A stretch of DNA of 64,000 nucleotides, taken from assembly GCA_008632985.1 (NCBI GenBank), contig QPGO01000117.1, positions 62,001 through 126,000 of the forward strand, written 5' to 3'. How positions within the stretch are numbered: the stretch's first letter is position 1; each line of letters starts with the position of its first letter. The notes beneath the pieces are model-generated. The model was not told the origin of the DNA. It did not search any database and worked only from the letters and a program-made list of their open reading frames with translations. The position numbers and the translations under genes were made by a program. This DNA is from Psammoneis japonica (taxonomy: Eukaryota). Positions 58,303-64,000 of this stretch are shown here, one piece after another.

Positions 58303-61300
58303 ATGGATGAAGAGATAAAGATGAAGGAGCCGGGAAAGACGCGAGTGCTCCTGAGCAACAGGCAGCGTTGCTAGCTCGACCTCCATCACAACATACCTCA
58401 ACCAAGACGACACCCAAAGACGGTACTCTTACGCCTACCGAATCTTCTGTCCCACCTGATACACCACTAGATTGGGTCCCAAAGCTTCAGACGCTGAATG
58501 CTCAAGATTCGACAGTGGCTGCTATTGAAATTGCCGAAAGGCCAGTGCCTGCTGCATCCAAGCACCGAGCTCCTCCCGCTGCTGCTGCAGGTCCATCTAA
58601 ATTAAAGCTTCACAAGCGCATGTCGAGCGCTGTTGCTCCGGTCATTCCGGCGGCTGCGGATATCATTGACGAGCAGGCAGGAACGCGTATTCAATTGGGT
58701 ATTTGTGCCATGGATAAGAAGCCAGGTCCAAACCCATGGCAGAGATTCTCAGTCGTCTGGACGAAACTCTGTTTCACGTTGTCTTTTTCGGAGACGATGT
58801 GATTTTGAATAAGGACGTGGAAGAGTGGCCCAAAGTGGATGTTCTTATTGCTTTTTACAGCTCGGGTTATCCTCTTGAGAAAGCTCAAAGATACATGGAG
58901 CTTCACAAGAACGCCAAGCCTCTGGTCTGAATGATTTGGAAATGCAAAACACCCTCAAGGACCGACGGAAAGTATATGATTTGTTGGAAGCTAGTGGGAT
59001 TGACGTGCCTCGACACGCATACCTAAGTCGTGACGGCTACATCTCGAACGGCACAGGTGCTGGGAATGGCAATCACGAGGCTGACCTGGTGGAACACGAT
59101 GATCACATTGAAATCAACGGTATTGTGATTCACAAGCCATTTGTTGAGAAACCCGTCGATGCAGATGACCACAACATTGCCATTTATTACCCAGCAGCTG
59201 CTGGCGGTGGGTGCAAAAAGCTCTTTCGAAAGATTGGCGACCGCTCCTCCGAGTTTTATCCCGACATTAACGAGGTAAGGAGGGACGGCTCCTACATTTA
59301 CGAAGAGTTTGTCGAAACCCAAGGCACCGACGTGAAGATGTACACAGTGGGACCCGAGTACGGACACGCGGAAGCCCGCAAAAGTCCCACGGTAGATGGA
59401 AAGGTCGAACGTAATGCAGATGGCAAAGAAGTGCGCTTCCCTGTCATTTTGACATTCCGCGAAAAGGAAATCGCCAGAAGAATTGTTCTTGGATTCAAGC
59501 AATGGGTATGTGGCTTTGACTTACTCCGAGTGCAGGAGGGTGACTCCCTGGTTTCCTACGTTTGCGATGTGAACGGATGGTCCTTTGTCAAGAACAGCCG
59601 CAAGTACTATGATGACTGTGCACAGATTCTCACGGAGCACATGTGAGTAGATCGAATGATCCTTTTGCTTTTTTTCTTACGTTGACTGATGAATCCCTGT
59701 TTTTGCCTCTCAGGCTAGCTGCCGTGAAGCCTAACGCGCTCTCTTGTTACTCCACGCTTCAGCCATTGATTGTGGATGATCTTGACACAATCCCCGAGGC
59801 TCCGGCGAGGAAAACGACCTCGGCTCTTTTGCACATATCAAGAATGCTGGGAATTGATGCTCTAAAGAAAGGTCCAGAAGAATCACCCAAACCGTTGCCA
59901 GTTCAAGAAGAACATGCAGACTCGAGCGATGCTGATGATAAAGTGGACCCTGTTTCTGCAGCCACCACCTTGGAGGAAGGCGCGATACCTGTACGAGAAA
60001 TTCCGGACAAACTCACTCAAGAACCTGCGTCGATGAATAGCTCCGTCCATAGTGCAGTGAACGGAAATGAGAAGCGCGCGGACCGTCTCCTACGAAGTTT
60101 TGTGGATCCCCATCAAGAGGAGTTGCGTTGTGTTATTGCTATTGTCCGTCATGGAGACAGAACGCCGAAACAAAAGCTCAAGGTGAACATTGCGGAACCT
60201 CACGTTCTCGATTATTTTCATAGGCACACAAGCGACTGCCGTAAGGATCTGAAGGTCAAGGCGAAAAAGCCGATGCTTGAGTTTCTGCAGAAGATTAGGA
60301 TAATGATCAAAGAGAAGGAGCAAGACAAGGCTACGGTCGATAAGGATATGCTTTCAAAGTTGAAGCACATGCGAGATGTGATGGAACGCTGGAAGATTGT
60401 TGGTCTCAATCGAAAACTTCAGATCAAGCCAAAGCAATGGGAGGAGTTTGTTAACGACAAGGGGGATGCAGGTATTCGATGCACAAAGGTCCAGCTCATT
60501 TTTAAATGGGGTGGTAACCTAACAAAACTCGGAGAGAAGCAATCCATCAATTTGGGTCAGCGTCTTCGTCATGACCTTTATCCCGACCATACAGGAGGTG
60601 GCATTTTGAGACTTCATTCTACCTTTCGCCACGACCTCAAAATCAAGACCAGTGATGAAGGTAGAGTAATGAAGACAGCGGCGGCTTGTGCCAAAGGCCT
60701 TCTGGAGTTGGAGGGTGAAATTCCTCCCATCTTGGTTTCCCTAGTGCACAAGGAGAAAGACAGCGTCCACATGCTTGACCCGAGTGGTAACAAAGAAGTC
60801 AAGATGGAGCTAGAGCAGTGCAAGAAGAAAATCAACGTCAACCTTCAGAAGGATTTAGAGATAATTGCTAAAGCAACAGAGGAGGAGGCGGAGGAGATCG
60901 TGGGCCCGGCAGCCATGACATCGCTCCACACGGCATTGAGGCATGTAGGCAACCCTCGACAAAGGTTGTTCCAGATTCGTGGTCTCATGGGGGAACTGAT
61001 TGAGCAGCTGGAGGACATGCTAAACATGATGGCATCTGGCGACGAGCTTAGGATCGAGGGCGGAGAAGGCCTCAAAGGCGAGGATGAAAACGACATGGCC
61101 CTAAGTGGCGTTAAACTCTACAAGGGCGAAACGTTGCTTGAGCTCACCGAGAGATGGCGATTTCTGTACAGGCGCCTCTATGACGAAGAAGAAGAAGAGT
61201 TTGACCTGTCTAGAGTTCCTGATGTTCACGATAATGTACGATTCGAGTAAGTATTTCACCACCTCTTATTGTCTCGTGCGACGGATTTTTCGTTTCGTGG

Positions 61301-62831
61301 CTCCCACTCATAGTGTCGTTTCTCCTTCCTTTTGTTTGCTTACCACATGTAGCATGTTGCACAATCCCCACCTTGGCTTGACAAGCACCTTGGAGAAACT
61401 TTATGAGTCGGCAAAGATCATGGCAGATTGTGTCGTCCCGCAAGAATACGGTAGTACGATTGCAGAAAAGCGAAGTATCGGGAGCAAGATGTGTAGGGCT
61501 CTGCTCGAAAAGATAAAGTAAGTCACCGCGGATTGTTCAATAGCCTGCTGAACGTTTACCCAAACAATCCCTGAACTCAGTCTTCTTCTCTTACTCTCGT
61601 AGGTATGATCTTACAATCGCCAAGACAGATGAATTCGTTGACATGCGCTACGTGAGTACTAAATCCTTACCACGGACAGATGTTTTTTTAAGGATGTTTG
61701 ACAAAACTCACCGCCTGTTCGCTATTTTCTTCTCTTTAGATGATTAACATGGACTATTCGGCTGACCTACCTATCAACACCATGGGTAGAAGGGTCAGGA
61801 CTCGTCTTTATTTCACATCGGAATCCCATCTTCACACATTGCTCAACGTGCTTCGTTTTGGTGCTTCCGATGACTCGAACTCAGTGCTGTCGCCTCGTGG
61901 CCTAGCACTTATCAATGATACCCCTGAGCTCTGTTACTTAACTCAGGTTGTCATCCGTCTTTTTGAAGACCCTCGACGAGACGCCGACGATCCGAGGAGG
62001 TTCCGCTTGGAACTCATGTTCAGTCCAGGCGCTACAGGGACTCCGATGCACATGAGTGAGCTTGTTAGAGATCTCGACAGTACGCGCTTTGACACTAGTG
62101 GGCTAGAGGATATCGGGAAAGATGGATTGACTTGCGAAGAATTAGTGGAGGCTTTTGATGAGTCGATTCAGGCCGGCGTAACCGAGTGTGATGATGAAGA
62201 GGATGCACTCGCAGTCGACGACAATACGAAAGGGGATCCCATAGTTGACAAGAAGGCCGCAGCAGCGAATGACAAGGAGTCTGTCCCTCCAGCACCGAAC
62301 GCACCCTTGTTGAATTCTGAAGCTGAAGAAGGAGGTGGGGAAAGGAACCCATCAGTGCGAGAGCTAGACACTGTTGAGACACCTGAACAAGCGTTACTCT
62401 CCAGAAAGGTGTCGCATTCTTCTTCAAAAGGAAATGGCATTGTCGGGGTGACAAAATCTGCTCTTCGAGTGAAAGAAGATGAAAGCAAACAAGAAACTTC
62501 TGACAAAAGCGTCTCTTGGTCAACCTCTGAGGTTCTGTCGTCGAAGCACGACTCTGAAGTTAATTCTCCGTCTGAAAAAACGGAGGAATCACGAAGCGAT
62601 GATCGAAAGCTACTTAGTAAAGATGATCAAGAGGTCCAACGCAGTGGAAAAGAGACAGAAGATTACGAGAGCGAGGAGGAGCGCATCGAGCGATTAGCAA
62701 GAGTTCTCGCCAGACAATACTTCTGGAGGTCGGTTGCTGTTGTGAGTTTCGTTGCAGGACTCGGCTTTCTCTTTCTAGCGCGAAACATCGCCGAGCCCCC
62801 AAGATATGCCCGACGGGGTACACGTAGGTAG
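58303..62831 (+). CDS. VIP1: Inositol hexakisphosphate / diphosphoinositol-pentakisphosphate kinase (PPIP5K/Vip1), 5 exons, about 3 apparent 1-bp frameshifts
   Basis: [82 protein letters not shown]; introns 59643-59713, 61247-61352, 61518-61602, 61652-61739; frame breaks near 58313, 58721 and 58927. Confidence 0.93.
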
Positions 62832-63041
62832 ACCTAGATCAGAGCGGATGTGCCATGACCATTTGTAAAGTCGAGTCAAAGAAAGTCTGTCGAGTTATTT
62901 GTTTTGTGCGTGGCATCACCCTACAGCAATCGTTTTTTAAAAATCACATGTACTACAAAATAACACAGTGTGCTCATCGACACTATCAGTCGTCGTCGCC
63001 ACCGCACCATCATCCATGTTTTCATCTTCATGAGTGTAGTC

Positions 63042-64000
63042 TTAAAATGGGGCTTCCTCGACATCTGGCTCATCAAAACTGAGCTGAACGGGTAGTTTTT
63101 TGTCGTCATTTTCGGGAGATTCGTCGATGCTCAATTCGGACATCACCCACACGAGGGACCTCGCATTCTCGGCCGCCATCTCGACCGATTGACAGGTGAC
63201 AATCATAAGGAGGTACGTGAGGCTTCCAGCTTCTCGACCTTCTTCAACACGTGCCAATACAATGTAGATCAAAATTGCCGCCGGAGTACCCACCAAAATC
63301 CCGTTCAAGAGTATTGCACAAAAATTGAAGCATACGACCATGGTTGCCACATTGCATACTGTGAGGCAGCATACAACCAGAAGAAACCCTTGCGAAACCA
63401 CTTGAAGGATTATTGATATTCGCAGAAACTTCCCATTCTGTGGAGAAAACGCAGAGGGCGCAAAATAGTCCGTTTCCCAGTTCGCTTTGGAGAAAGCGAT
63501 TATCGGCAGAATACCAACAAGAATTATGGCGACCACCAAAGACTTGCCATAGCTGCACTTTGCGTTTTTCTTTGTCAGTGCTAACTTTTTCCGAATCGCC
63601 CGAGCCTTTTCCAAATCATTGTCATCATCGGCCTTCTTTGCCTTCTTTTTCATGTTCTTGTACTCCCGGACAGTTTGGAATGTGAGCACCAAATCAAGGA
63701 TCTCCAGAATGCAAGCCATGCAGAACGAGAGAAGAAAGGTAAGCCTGTCATCCTCATACTGGACAGCGGCGTCCACGGTGTAGTCATTGATAACAAACAA
63801 TGCGAGGGCGAGGCCTGAGCAAACAAACTCAAGGAAGGCAAAGAAGACGTGCCAATTGGAGTATGTTCCACAAGCCATCATCGACTTCAATACGCTCAGT
63901 CCAGAGGATATCAGAATAAGAGCATCCTGAGCATTGGTTTGAATGATGAAACTGTTGTCCGAAGGGATCCCATCAGTCGGCAAATTTGATTGAGCATTCG
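63042..64000 (-). CDS. Multi-pass membrane protein, 5' end probably outside the window
   Basis: 313-aa ORF with about 6 hydrophobic helices running to the window edge. Confidence 0.65.
   Translation of the reverse strand, partial: NAQSNLPTDGIPSDNSFIIQTNAQDALILISSGLSVLKSMMACGTYSNWHVFFAFLEFVCSGLALALFVINDYTVDAAVQYEDDRLTFLLSFCMACILEILDLVLTFQTVREYKNMKKKAKKADDDNDLEKARAIRKKLALTKKNAKCSYGKSLVVAIILVGILPIIAFSKANWETDYFAPSAFSPQNGKFLRISIILQVVSQGFLLVVCCLTVCNVATMVVCFNFCAILLNGILVGTPAAILIYIVLARVEEGREAGSLTYLLMIVTCQSVEMAAENARSLVWVMSELSIDESPENDDKKLPVQLSFDEPDVEEAPF

Noticed and set aside
58303..58940. VIP1 pseudogene or programmed frameshifting
   Set aside because: Motifs and splice sites are intact, no slippery sites are evident, and similar 1-bp deletions recur in unrelated genes, pointing to consensus error.

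Overview
Eukaryotic nuclear DNA, most likely from a pennate diatom (short GT-AG introns, a DUF6824 gene, a signal-peptide+'SDAF' plastid-type presequence, a CoDi-type Ty1/copia element). The flanks (1-22 kb, 47.5-64 kb) are gene-dense: MaoC hydratase, coiled-coil plastid protein, RETSAT-like oxidoreductase, class 3 lipase, ABCG/PDR transporter, TPR-MYND protein, putative glycosyltransferase, SLC35B4-like transporter, CCT6, GH27 alpha-galactosidase, DUF6824 protein and PPIP5K/VIP1. The centre (22-47.5 kb) holds a Mutator-like TIR element, an AT-rich MITE-like element, a full-length copia LTR retrotransposon, satellites and decayed genes, around one intact gene. The main signal is a repeat-associated, both-strand TpA->TpG/CpA hypermutation (A:T->G:C), the reverse of fungal RIP. 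Over 1.2 kb stretches lack any TA; 11 of 15 TA sites in the 5' LTR are converted in the 3' LTR versus 1 of about 20 CpGs; YTAR contexts are spared; conserved Tyr in Pol has become Cys/His. A second highlight is a structured intergenic RNA candidate at about 6985-7157 (-) with a CCUAACCC template and telomerase-RNA-like architecture. Several 1-bp frameshifts in conserved genes suggest consensus errors, so accurate reads are needed to confirm. All counts are by hand.
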